Origin: a virus
Taxonomy: Duplodnaviria > Caudoviricetes
Reading direction: 5' to 3' (one strand)
DNA length: 64,000 nucleotides
Virus record (IMG/VR): IMGVR_UViG_3300042294_003246
Shown: piece by piece, positions 39,611-48,143 of the stretch
Layout: each line of letters starts with the position of its first letter
How positions within the stretch are numbered: position 1 is the first letter of the stretch
Position numbers and translations under genes: made by a program
Notes under the pieces: generated by a model
Told to the model about the DNA's origin: nothing
The model's database searches: none
The model's input: only the letters and a program-made list of their open reading frames with translations

Positions 39611-40297
39611 ATGGGTATAAAAAAAGGGGCGTCTCCTGCACAAATAATCGAAATCATAGAAAATTTAATTAATTTAGGTCTGAATATTAATTCACGAGAA
39701 TTCAAAGACAAAGTTATTTACGAATATAATAAGATTTTTTCTAAAAATTCCAAAGATACTATTATCGCAAATCTTAGAGAGGATGCTTTAATAAATTTCC
39801 AAGAAGACAGAGTTATTGTTAAATTACCACAGGATACTACTAAAGTCGATTTAATGGCGGTAAAGATCATTGATGGTATTGTTGACATTAGAGTTTCACA
39901 ACAAAAAGGTAATGATGCGTCTTTTAACACTTCCTCATTGTATAGCACACTTAAAGGTTTAAATGATTTCATAAATCAAGATAAAGTATCTAATTATTTT
40001 CATTTGTTACCTAATCATCTTAATCCTAACTTAAATGGATTACCATATAAAGTAGACGTTGTTATTGGCATGATTTTAGCCTGCGGGGATGGTGTTAAAG
40101 GTAATGTTAATGTGGTCACAAATAATAAATATTTAGAGTATATGGGTATATTAAATACTGATATTTGTGAAGTTGATTATTGGGTTCACAAAGAATTTAA
40201 AAAAAGAGAGCATGCATATTCGGCTATTGATAAATGTCATAATTTTGATATTATTTATAATAAATGTATTGATATTATTTTAAATCATGGAAATTAA
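39611..40297 (+). CDS. hypothetical protein, candidate restriction endonuclease
   Basis: Overlaps the MTase start; KVDLMAVK...VSQQK could be a PD-(D/E)xK variant. Confidence 0.4.
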   Translation: MGIKKGASPAQIIEIIENLINLGLNINSREFKDKVIYEYNKIFSKNSKDTIIANLREDALINFQEDRVIVKLPQDTTKVDLMAVKIIDGIVDIRVSQQKGNDASFNTSSLYSTLKGLNDFINQDKVSNYFHLLPNHLNPNLNGLPYKVDVVIGMILACGDGVKGNVNVVTNNKYLEYMGILNTDICEVDYWVHKEFKKREHAYSAIDKCHNFDIIYNKCIDIILNHGN

Positions 40298-41105
40298 TAA
40301 AACTTATAACGAGAGTTGTTTAAAAACAATGGGTTCTATGGCCAATAATTTTATCGACTTAACAATCACATCACCACCTTATGATGAAATAAGAAATTAT
40401 AATAAAAAGGTTGGTAAATTAAGTAATGAATTTAACGGATACTCATTCCCATTCGAAGATATTGCAAATGAGCTGTATAGAGTAACTAAAAAAGGGGGAG
40501 TTGTTGTTTGGGTGGTTAATGATAGCATGATTGATGGTTCAGAATCTTTAAACTCATTTAGACAAGCACTTTATTTCAAAGAGATTGGATTTAAAGTTCA
40601 TGATACGATGATATATAGGAAATTAAACCCTATGCCTAATGCTGGTATAAGATATCAACAGATGTTTGAGTATATGTTTGTCTTCTCTAAAGGCAAACCT
40701 AAAACGACTAACATAGAATTACGGGAAAGAAGTAATAAATGTAATGACAAACGAGTTTATAGAAAGAAAAAGTTTTCAAGGAATCAAGATGGAGATTTTA
40801 ATCAAAATGATTATTTTGTTAAAGAAATGGTGCCTGATTACAATATATGGGATTTTTATGTTGGTGGTGGAAATAGCACTCATGATAAGGTCGCATTCGA
40901 ACACCCCGCAATATTTCCTGAAGAGTTAGTAAGGAGACACATAATTAGTTGGTCAAATGAAGGTGATTTAATATATGACCCGTTTATGGGTAGTGGAACC
41001 ACCTCTAAAATGTCAATTTTAAACAATAGAAATTATATAGGGTCAGAATTATCTGAAGAGTATTGTGAAATAGAAAGAAAAAGATTATCGTTAATTGGTA
41101 AATAA
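40287..41105 (+). CDS. beta-class N4/N6 DNA methyltransferase
   Basis: TSPPY precedes HPAIFP and DPFMGSGTT; YIGSE. Confidence 0.93.
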   Translation: MEINKTYNESCLKTMGSMANNFIDLTITSPPYDEIRNYNKKVGKLSNEFNGYSFPFEDIANELYRVTKKGGVVVWVVNDSMIDGSESLNSFRQALYFKEIGFKVHDTMIYRKLNPMPNAGIRYQQMFEYMFVFSKGKPKTTNIELRERSNKCNDKRVYRKKKFSRNQDGDFNQNDYFVKEMVPDYNIWDFYVGGGNSTHDKVAFEHPAIFPEELVRRHIISWSNEGDLIYDPFMGSGTTSKMSILNNRNYIGSELSEEYCEIERKRLSLIGK

Positions 41106-41170
41106 TACAATATATTATGGTATGATACAAAACTAAATGTTGAGTTTTATAATTAAACAAAAAGAATAAA

Positions 41171-41217
41171 TAATTCAATCCTCCGTTTGTTTTAATGGGG
41201 GATTTTTTATATAATTA
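41171..41217 (+). terminator. terminator-promoter unit, copy 3
   Basis: 37 bp identical to 39552-39588; -7 box degenerate. Confidence 0.85.
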
Positions 41218-41221
41218 AGTT

Positions 41222-41914
41222 ATGAAAGTTTTAGTGTTAGGTAATGGAAAATTAGGTCAAGAGATCATCAACCAAACAGGGTGGGATTTTTTATCAAGAA
41301 AGAAAGATAATATTGATATCACAACGTTTGATGAATGGATTTATAAACTACAAGGATATGACGTGATTCTTAATTGTATTGCAAACACAAATACATATTC
41401 AGATGATTATGAATCGGTCATTAAAGACAATTATGAGTTTGTTACGTATTTGGTTACGTTCTGTAATGAAGCGGGATCAAAACTAATTCATATATCAACA
41501 GATTATGTTTATGCGAGATCACAAAAAAATGCTAACGAGAACAGTGTTCCAGCACCTGACAACACTTGGTATAGTTTATCTAAAGTTTTGGCTGATGAAC
41601 ATATTAGATTATTCTCCAAAGATTATTTAATATGTAGATTGTCTCATAAACCAAAACCATTCCCATATGATTCAGCATGGACTGATGTGGTAACAAATGC
41701 TGACTACACAGACGTTATATCTTCATTGGTAATAGAACTAATTAAAAAAGACGCAAAAGGTTTATACAATGTAGGAACGGATCAAAAAACGATATATGAT
41801 TTAGCCAAACAAACAAATCCAAATGTAAAAGAATCATTGGCACCTACACATATACCTAAAAATGTTACAATGGATTTAACAAAGATGAAAAAGTTTTTAT
41901 CTATGGTAAGTTAA
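41222..41914 (+). CDS. rmlD: dTDP-4-dehydrorhamnose reductase-like SDR
   Basis: VLGNGKLG, IHISTDYVY, YSLSK. Confidence 0.8.
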   Translation: MKVLVLGNGKLGQEIINQTGWDFLSRKKDNIDITTFDEWIYKLQGYDVILNCIANTNTYSDDYESVIKDNYEFVTYLVTFCNEAGSKLIHISTDYVYARSQKNANENSVPAPDNTWYSLSKVLADEHIRLFSKDYLICRLSHKPKPFPYDSAWTDVVTNADYTDVISSLVIELIKKDAKGLYNVGTDQKTIYDLAKQTNPNVKESLAPTHIPKNVTMDLTKMKKFLSMVS

Positions 41915-41963
41915 AGAGTGTAGGATAAAGTGGGGGAATATGAGTATCTTTAAATAAAAAACA

Positions 41964-42479
41964 ATGAAAAATCTATTATTGACATTTATCCTTGTTCTTA
42001 TGTCTTTTATGACATTTTCACAAGTTCCTGCAAACATTTATATCTCCAATCAAAATGAATGCCTTTACGGATTAACCAATACTTATGTTTCAGAAGTAGG
42101 ATCTGGCAGTATGATACCTACATCTATTGATAGTATGCAATCTCAAAATGTTCATCATTATATTATTGATGTTCCAGTTTCGAACAATGGAGTTGCGTTT
42201 TATCCTATCACAGTAACAGTTTGTTTGTATGTAGGTGCAACACAAGAACCATTCCCACCCCAAACACCACAATGTTTTACACAAACAACAAATTTCACAA
42301 TCTTTATTAACTTTGTTGTTGATTGTTCAGTATTAGAACTTAATGAAGTAACGGTAAATAAAAAAGAAATTGTAAAGGTTGTAGATTTTATGGGAAGAGA
42401 AACAACTACTATGTTTAATCAACCAATGATCTATGTTTATAGTGATGGATCAAAAGAGATAAGGTATATTAACGAGTAA
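41964..42479 (+). CDS. secreted protein with putative T9SS type A-like C-terminal domain
   Basis: Signal peptide ending TFS-Q; tail IVKVVDFMGRE...NQPMIYVYSDGSKE. Confidence 0.7.
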   Translation: MKNLLLTFILVLMSFMTFSQVPANIYISNQNECLYGLTNTYVSEVGSGSMIPTSIDSMQSQNVHHYIIDVPVSNNGVAFYPITVTVCLYVGATQEPFPPQTPQCFTQTTNFTIFINFVVDCSVLELNEVTVNKKEIVKVVDFMGRETTTMFNQPMIYVYSDGSKEIRYINE

Positions 42480-42503
42480 TAATATAATTCATTCACTCAC
42501 TAC

Positions 42504-42535
42504 AAAAGGGAGACTCCATACGGGTCTCCTTTTTT
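42504..42535 (+). terminator. intrinsic terminator
   Basis: GGAGAC-9 nt-GTCTCC plus T6. Confidence 0.8.
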
Positions 42536-42580
42536 CATTCATTCATGTATTATATTATTACATTTCTATATAGGATATGT

Positions 42581-43158
42581 CCCACTAATTACCACATATA
42601 TTAAACAGTAATGTAATCCCCCCACTAAATGAAAGACCCCCATTTATAAGTGACACAATTAAAGAAGACGTTATGGTGATCAGTTTATTGGTGATTTCAC
42701 AAATGGGGAACAAAGTTCCCCCACTTATTACCACCAACTTTAGTAGATCAAAGAGTAATCCTAGATGAGGTGTTCACTACAGATTAATGTTCAGTGGCAC
42801 TCCACTGGCGTGTCGGTCTACGATGCTGAACACAGGGAAATAATGAACAGTTAAGTAGATTATTTACAAGTCTAAATAATGTGTCTATTATTAGGGGGTC
42901 GAATGTTAAGTTGGATCTAAGTAAAACACTAAAGTGGTCGTTGAAGTTATATATAATATACCATTCTAACGTCCTAAAGGACTGTCCACGCTTCTTGTTC
43001 TTTAACTATACTTTTTTAGCTGGAAAATATAAGTAGTTAAAAAAGTGGTCCTGTAGGGGTCAAGAGAGGGGATTTTTTCACTCTCAGTATAGCAACAGGA
43101 CCAATAATGGTGGTAGAAAGTGGTAATGAATTGTGGGAGTTTGTGGTATAAAAGTGGG
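42581..43158. ncRNA. candidate large structured RNA or origin-like element
   Basis: No ORF of 60 aa or more; at least 8 hairpins or nested inverted repeats. Confidence 0.4.
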
Positions 43159-43294
43159 TGAGGGGATTGTGTTGTGAAGCGAGCAAGACTGACTTTTTGT
43201 CATTTCCAAATTTTTTAACATAAAGTTATTAACAAAAATCCCCTCTGTTGATAACTTAATGAGTATTTATAATATAAAATATTATTAAAAAGTT

Positions 43295-43915
43295 ATGGAT
43301 AAAATATGCACCATATGTGAGTTAAATAAAAATATTGACGAATTTCTCAAGTGTGATCCTTGTAAAGATGGTTATAGAAATCAATGTAAAGATTGTATCA
43401 AAAATAGGAACATTAAATGGAGAGAGGAAAACCCCGAATACCATAGAGATTGGGTCTCAAACAATAAGGAGAAAGACACACTCAGAAAAAAAATTCATTA
43501 TGAATTAAATAGGGAAAAATACATACAAAATAGTAATGACTATAGAAAGAATAATAAAGATAGAGTAAATAAGGTTGTGTCTGATTACAGGAAAAAAAGA
43601 TTCACTGAGGATGAGGTTTTTAAATTAACATTTACTGTGCGAAGTAGAATACGTAATTTTTTAAAATTATCGGGGGGGATTAAAAAAGACACAACATTTG
43701 ATTTAATTGGGTGTTCCCCAACAGAATTAGTAAAACATATTGAGGATAAGTTTACAGATGGGATGACATGGGATAATCATGGTGAATGGCATATCGATCA
43801 TATAATACCTTTATCTTCCGCTAAAAATTACGATGAACTTAAAAAACTATCACACTACACTAATCTACAACCATTATGGGCTAAAGATAATTTAACTAAG
43901 AGTAATAAACTATGA
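43295..43915 (+). CDS. HNH endonuclease
   Basis: CTIC..CKDC; GMTWDNHGEWHIDHIIPLS..HYTNLQPLWAKDN; TATTTATA at 43264-71. Confidence 0.88.
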   Translation: MDKICTICELNKNIDEFLKCDPCKDGYRNQCKDCIKNRNIKWREENPEYHRDWVSNNKEKDTLRKKIHYELNREKYIQNSNDYRKNNKDRVNKVVSDYRKKRFTEDEVFKLTFTVRSRIRNFLKLSGGIKKDTTFDLIGCSPTELVKHIEDKFTDGMTWDNHGEWHIDHIIPLSSAKNYDELKKLSHYTNLQPLWAKDNLTKSNKL

Positions 43916-44220
43916 TACAACTAATAGACAAATTCGAAACAACTGTAAGTGAAAATAATGGTTCCATAATGGTCAATTATAGATATGACACTCTGTCACT
44001 CGACTCAGAGTCTCGGTCTGTGACGGGAACTTGTGAATATAGAATAATTGAGGTCAATAACAGGTTTCAACAAAAAGCATGGTTACTTATCAACACAGAC
44101 ATGGCAGACGTTATTGAATTCATTCATTCCAATTCCCCATTAAGTGATGACGATTTAATGACGGTTAATAAACTTATAAGAGATCACTCACTTCTTAGGG
44201 TTCAAGATCTTCATCGGTAA
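43912..44220 (+). CDS. hypothetical protein
   Basis: ATGA overlap with the HNH stop. Confidence 0.55.
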   Translation: MIQLIDKFETTVSENNGSIMVNYRYDTLSLDSESRSVTGTCEYRIIEVNNRFQQKAWLLINTDMADVIEFIHSNSPLSDDDLMTVNKLIRDHSLLRVQDLHR

Positions 44221-44359
44221 CAATATGTTTTTTCAACCATAGCGAAACCTTTGAGTTGGGGAACTTGGAAACCATAACAATGGAAAAGATCATTCCAATA
44301 AAAAGGGGGACAAAAAAGATGGAGACAACAATCCCCAAGTAATATAGAATATCAATCAT
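44195..44359 (-). CDS. small membrane protein (54 aa, not in track)
   Basis: MIDILYYLGIVVSIFFVPLFIGMIFSIVMVSK...; TATTTATA on minus strand 5 nt upstream. Confidence 0.55.
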   Translation of the reverse strand: MIDILYYLGIVVSIFFVPLFIGMIFSIVMVSKFPNSKVSLWLKKHIVTDEDLEP

Positions 44360-44501
44360 AATAATATAAATATACGAATATTATTTCACACCATCAAATT
44401 AAATATTGGGGGATCAATAATAATATATTAGTGCAGATTGGAGTCTACACTCCAAGAGGTGTTTCTCCCCCAGCCCGAATATGTGATCATCACCTTCAAT
44501 A

Positions 44502-44533
44502 CAAAGATAGAAATTTATTTTGACATAAACAAA
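44502..44533 (-). promoter_or_regulatory. Bacteroidota promoter with no substantial ORF downstream
   Basis: TTTG-N20-TATCTTTG. Confidence 0.7.
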
Positions 44534-44564
44534 TAAACCATTGATCTTTTTTAAAAGAATAATA

Positions 44565-44728
44565 TATTTATAATAAGAATCTTATTTTCCCCACAGTTGG
44601 GAATTAGTTAATCAATGATCCAAGTGACATGTAAAGATTAAGATGAGGTTTAAAACAAATAAGACATACGAACTTCTAACGAGGGGTTCTTTAATCTAAT
44701 CTCTTTCTAATAGGTGGGGAATTTTTTT
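44565..44728 (+). ncRNA. candidate late small RNA
   Basis: TATTTATA 44565-72; TTCCCCAC/GTGGGGAA closing stem plus T7; inner AGATTAAGA/TCTTAATCT stem. Confidence 0.35.
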
Positions 44729-44827
44729 ATGCTTGTATGTTTCTAAACTATAAGGCAGGATGGAGTCTACTCGGTCCCCCTCGTTAATGAAGGTTACAAT
44801 ACTCAACTGACGTATCGGTCTATGACA

Positions 44828-44859
44828 CAAAGGTAGTGAAAAAAAATGAGATGATCAAA
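44828..44859 (-). promoter_or_regulatory. Bacteroidota promoter with no ORF downstream
   Basis: TTTG-N20-TACCTTTG. Confidence 0.7.
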
Positions 44860-45087
44860 TAACGGATCACTTAATTGTCAATTAAAGTTATTAACAAACC
44901 ACTCCCTCCCTTCTTCTTTGGCATGGGCCCCTACCTTATTATATACCCCCTCCCCCCTACCGTATTCCCCCCATAAGTGACATTCTGTCAGGGGAAAGGG
45001 GGGTTCAATCCCCTCTATAAAGTATTCGTAAAAAAATTTCTGGAAAAAAATTGATATTTTTCCCTATGTCTTATTAAGGGTGGAGGT

Positions 45088-45145
45088 TTTCTAAAACACG
45101 ACCCCCCTTTTTGAAAAAAGGTCATATATACTAAAAAAAATTTTT
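45088..45145 (+). repeat. C6/A-tract element, copy 1
   Basis: TTTCTAAAACA(C/A)GACCCCCCTTTTT 24/25 identical to 46898-46922, then A8-10T4-5. Confidence 0.8.
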
Positions 45146-45202
45146 AGAATTTTATGGGAAAAATTGACCCCTATTTATGTTATATCTATATATTTAAGTT
45201 AT

Positions 45203-45826
45203 ATGGAAAATAGAAAATGTGTTGATTGTAAAGAGTCTAAACTTAAATGTGATTTCTATGTTAAGAATATAAAGTCGGGGACATTACAGAGTTATTGTAA
45301 AATGTGTTCAAACATACGAAGAAGAAAAAGAGATAAAATATTTAGATCTAAAAACCTACATAAAAGAACACCAAATAAAATAGAGTGTTTAACGACTTGT
45401 AGTTGTTGTGGTGAAAGAAAAATTACAACTGAAAACTTCCGTATTCAAACAAACGGGATTAATTATGAAAAGGTTTGTAAGTCCTGTAAAAATGTTAAAA
45501 GAAAAGAAAGAATGGATAATGACCCAATCTTTAAATTCAAAATTCGTCTTAGAAAAACAATAAAGGAATCCGTAAAAAGAAGGGGTTATACAAAAAAATC
45601 AAAAACCTATGATATATTGGGAATTGATTTTATGGGTTTCAGAGCTCACATTGAGAATTTATTCTTGGAGGGGATGACTTGGGATAATCACGGGGAATGG
45701 CACTATGATCACATTATTCCATTGTCAACTGCCACCACTTATGAGGAGGTCATTAAATTAAATCATTATACTAACTTCCAACCCCTATGGGCTGAAGATA
45801 ATCTAAAGAAAGGATCTAAATTTTAA
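45203..45826 (+). CDS. HNH endonuclease, paralog of 43295
   Basis: CVDC, CKMC, CSCC, CKSC; GMTWDNHGEWHYDHIIPLS..HYTNFQPLWAEDN. Confidence 0.88.
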   Translation: MENRKCVDCKESKLKCDFYVKNIKSGTLQSYCKMCSNIRRRKRDKIFRSKNLHKRTPNKIECLTTCSCCGERKITTENFRIQTNGINYEKVCKSCKNVKRKERMDNDPIFKFKIRLRKTIKESVKRRGYTKKSKTYDILGIDFMGFRAHIENLFLEGMTWDNHGEWHYDHIIPLSTATTYEEVIKLNHYTNFQPLWAEDNLKKGSKF

Positions 45827-45828
45827 TT

Positions 45829-45860
45829 CTCCCTCCTTTTAAAGAGGGGGGGTTTTATTT
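45829..45860 (+). terminator. intrinsic terminator
   Basis: CTCCCTCCTTTTAAAGAGGGGGG plus T-run. Confidence 0.75.
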
Positions 45861-45891
45861 TATCATATATTTATTACTAAAGAATTTTATT

Positions 45892-46383
45892 ATGAAAAAA
45901 ATTGTATCTATTACTGAATCACAACTAACCAATATAATTAAACAAGTTCTCAAAGAAAATGAAACAAAAGATAGTTTAATTGATATGATCAAAGAAGATG
46001 GGTGGAAAGAATCATCCGGAATGGTTGGGGGTTCAGATAACTTAAAAAAATTGTCTGGTATTGATACCCCAATGAAATACCTTAGTTTATTCAACGACTT
46101 AAATAGTATGACCGATGAATTAAGACCTACTTGGAAAATGTTTTTTTATCATGAAAATAAACCAACTATGATGTTAATTTCAAATAAAGAAGAAAACAAG
46201 GTCTATATGAATATCGGGTTTATGGATCAATTTTTAAGGGCCTTTAATTTAGATCTTAATGAATCTAGAGAATATATTAAAGATTGGTTGTTAAACTCTT
46301 ATGATTATGACGTAGATACTTCAAATATTATTATGAGAAGAGGTTACCCATTTAATAATTTTAGAAGTGAGAGTATGACATAA
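45892..46383 (+). CDS. leader family protein
   Basis: MKKIVSITESQLTNIIKQVLKEN; TATTTATT at 45868-75. Confidence 0.75.
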   Translation: MKKIVSITESQLTNIIKQVLKENETKDSLIDMIKEDGWKESSGMVGGSDNLKKLSGIDTPMKYLSLFNDLNSMTDELRPTWKMFFYHENKPTMMLISNKEENKVYMNIGFMDQFLRAFNLDLNESREYIKDWLLNSYDYDVDTSNIIMRRGYPFNNFRSESMT

Positions 46384-46432
46384 TAATATTTTTTTATTTA
46401 ACTAATAATTTTTAATCCAAAATAAATTATAT

Positions 46433-46461
46433 CCCCCATCTCTCAACAGTTGGGGTTTTTT
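46433..46461 (+). terminator. intrinsic terminator, related to 9076
   Basis: CCCCATCTCTCAACAGTTGGGG plus T6. Confidence 0.75.
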
Positions 46462-46484
46462 ATTTTCCATTATATTTATCTAAT

Positions 46485-46904
46485 ATGAAAATCATTATAA
46501 CTGAAGATCAATACGGACAATTAACTAACCTCGTTAAACGAGTGATTCGTGAAAATGACTCTATGTTAGAAAAAAACAAAAAGTTTTTAAAAAACAAGTT
46601 GGGTATTGATTTTACAAATGTCATTCAACAAATAACCTCAACTTATGATATTCCAATGGAATTTGCTGGATATATTTCACCTGGATTGATTAATCGTTAT
46701 TTAAACAAATATGGACCTATGTATCTTTTTGAACTTGACGGGAAAAAATATCTTTATTTAGATGTGGGGGATCATGAGAAGTTTATTGATGAGAATGGAA
46801 ATATATATATTGAAAATGAAATACCCGAACAACTTGGAATCGCAATAATGGGTTTAAGATTCTCAGATATTATTGATCTGTATTTTAAAGAAGAGGATTT
46901 CTAA
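46485..46904 (+). CDS. leader family protein
   Basis: MKIIITEDQYGQLTNLVKRVIREN. Confidence 0.75.
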   Translation: MKIIITEDQYGQLTNLVKRVIRENDSMLEKNKKFLKNKLGIDFTNVIQQITSTYDIPMEFAGYISPGLINRYLNKYGPMYLFELDGKKYLYLDVGDHEKFIDENGNIYIENEIPEQLGIAIMGLRFSDIIDLYFKEEDF

Positions 46905-46966
46905 AACAAGACCCCCCTTTTTAAAAAGAACTGAAATCTTAAAAAAAAAATTTTGAAAAAATTTCC
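46898..46966 (+). repeat. C6/A-tract element, copy 2
   Basis: 1810 bp downstream of copy 1. Confidence 0.8.
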
Positions 46967-47007
46967 CTTAATTTGATTAGTGGATTTATTTAAATTACAT
47001 TTTTATT

Positions 47008-47592
47008 ATGAATCACAACTTGAATTTTGAAATGAAACTTAGAGATGAGTATGCTACTCATGTGATGAGTCATACCTATAGTTCTTATTCTGAGTTTAAA
47101 TTAATACAGGAGGAAGAAAAACTTAGATACCTTATCCATAGAAAATATCTTAAGTTGTTGGGTAAGTTTATTGAATCTACTTACCCTGGTTTGAAGTTTG
47201 ATGTTTTTATTAGACACCGAGATCCAAAGATTAAAAATCCTCAGTGGTATGGTCAAACCTATATGGAACTTAGAATCTATGATATAATTTCTTTACCCTC
47301 TTATGCTCCACAAACATTTTCTCAAGTGTATAAAACCCCACATTATAATGGGTATATCGGAGGTGAGGAAATATATAATGAAATTGAGAATTTTATTTCT
47401 GAACTAAATAAACATATTTTAATCACTTTTAGACCTCTTATTTCCCCACATACACCCATTCATAATATTGATATGTTTGATCCTAAACCATTTGAATGTT
47501 GGGGGGAATATTTTGCTCGTGAATACCATAGAGCCGCAATATCTTCTAGTTACCAAGACAATTGGATCCATCCTGATAGATTTGGTTTGTAG
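47008..47592 (+). CDS. hypothetical protein
   Basis: 194-aa ORF. Confidence 0.65.
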   Translation: MNHNLNFEMKLRDEYATHVMSHTYSSYSEFKLIQEEEKLRYLIHRKYLKLLGKFIESTYPGLKFDVFIRHRDPKIKNPQWYGQTYMELRIYDIISLPSYAPQTFSQVYKTPHYNGYIGGEEIYNEIENFISELNKHILITFRPLISPHTPIHNIDMFDPKPFECWGEYFAREYHRAAISSSYQDNWIHPDRFGL

Positions 47593-47607
47593 TAGTATTT
47601 ATAGAGT

Positions 47608-48057
47608 ATGAAAATAATCATCTCTAAAGATCAGTATAGAAGAGTTCTTTTAAAATTCCTTGATAGTTTTATTAAAGGTTTCGATGTGGATCCTTACGAA
47701 GAAGAAAGTTCGTATAGAAATGTTAAAACTTCTGATGGAGATGACTTTGCAACTCTTTGGCATGATGAGCCAATTACTAAGGGGTGTAAAAGAGAATTAT
47801 CATTAGATAACCAATTTACTAATGATTTTGAAAGTTTTATTCCCATTAATAGAAAAAAAGTTTTTTCAGAAGTAGTTCTTGAATATTTCACATCAAAAAC
47901 GGGTATCAAATGTGATTGTGTTGAGTTTAGTTATTTTACAGGAAAATATAAAGAATTAGAAAGGTATGATGATGATTCAGATGAGGTAATCTCCTATACT
48001 GATAAAGAATTCGATCACTACCATTATAAAAAACCTAAAAGATCTAAAAAACGATAA
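47608..48057 (+). CDS. leader family protein
   Basis: MKIIISKDQY; TATTTATA at 47596-47603. Confidence 0.7.
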   Translation: MKIIISKDQYRRVLLKFLDSFIKGFDVDPYEEESSYRNVKTSDGDDFATLWHDEPITKGCKRELSLDNQFTNDFESFIPINRKKVFSEVVLEYFTSKTGIKCDCVEFSYFTGKYKELERYDDDSDEVISYTDKEFDHYHYKKPKRSKKR

Positions 48058-48093
48058 TTCTTCCTTTTAAATGGGGGCCATATACCGCGGATC

Positions 48094-48143
48094 CCGACTT
48101 CGTCGGTTTTTTTTTACCGACCGAACCCTTCGGGTTTTATTTT
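48094..48143 (+). terminator. tandem hairpins / double terminator
   Basis: CCGAC-TTC-GTCGG plus T9; AACC-cUUCGg-GTT plus T-run. Confidence 0.65.

Noticed and set aside
42541-43260. tmRNA, RNase P RNA, group I/II intron, or periodic guide array (CRISPR/TIGR)
   Set aside because: Their hallmark motifs and regular repeat spacing were not seen by eye; a covariance-model search is still needed.
44990-45020. tRNA (GGGGTTCAATCCCC looks like a T-arm)
   Set aside because: Six-nt loop; no D-arm, anticodon arm or acceptor stem can be built.
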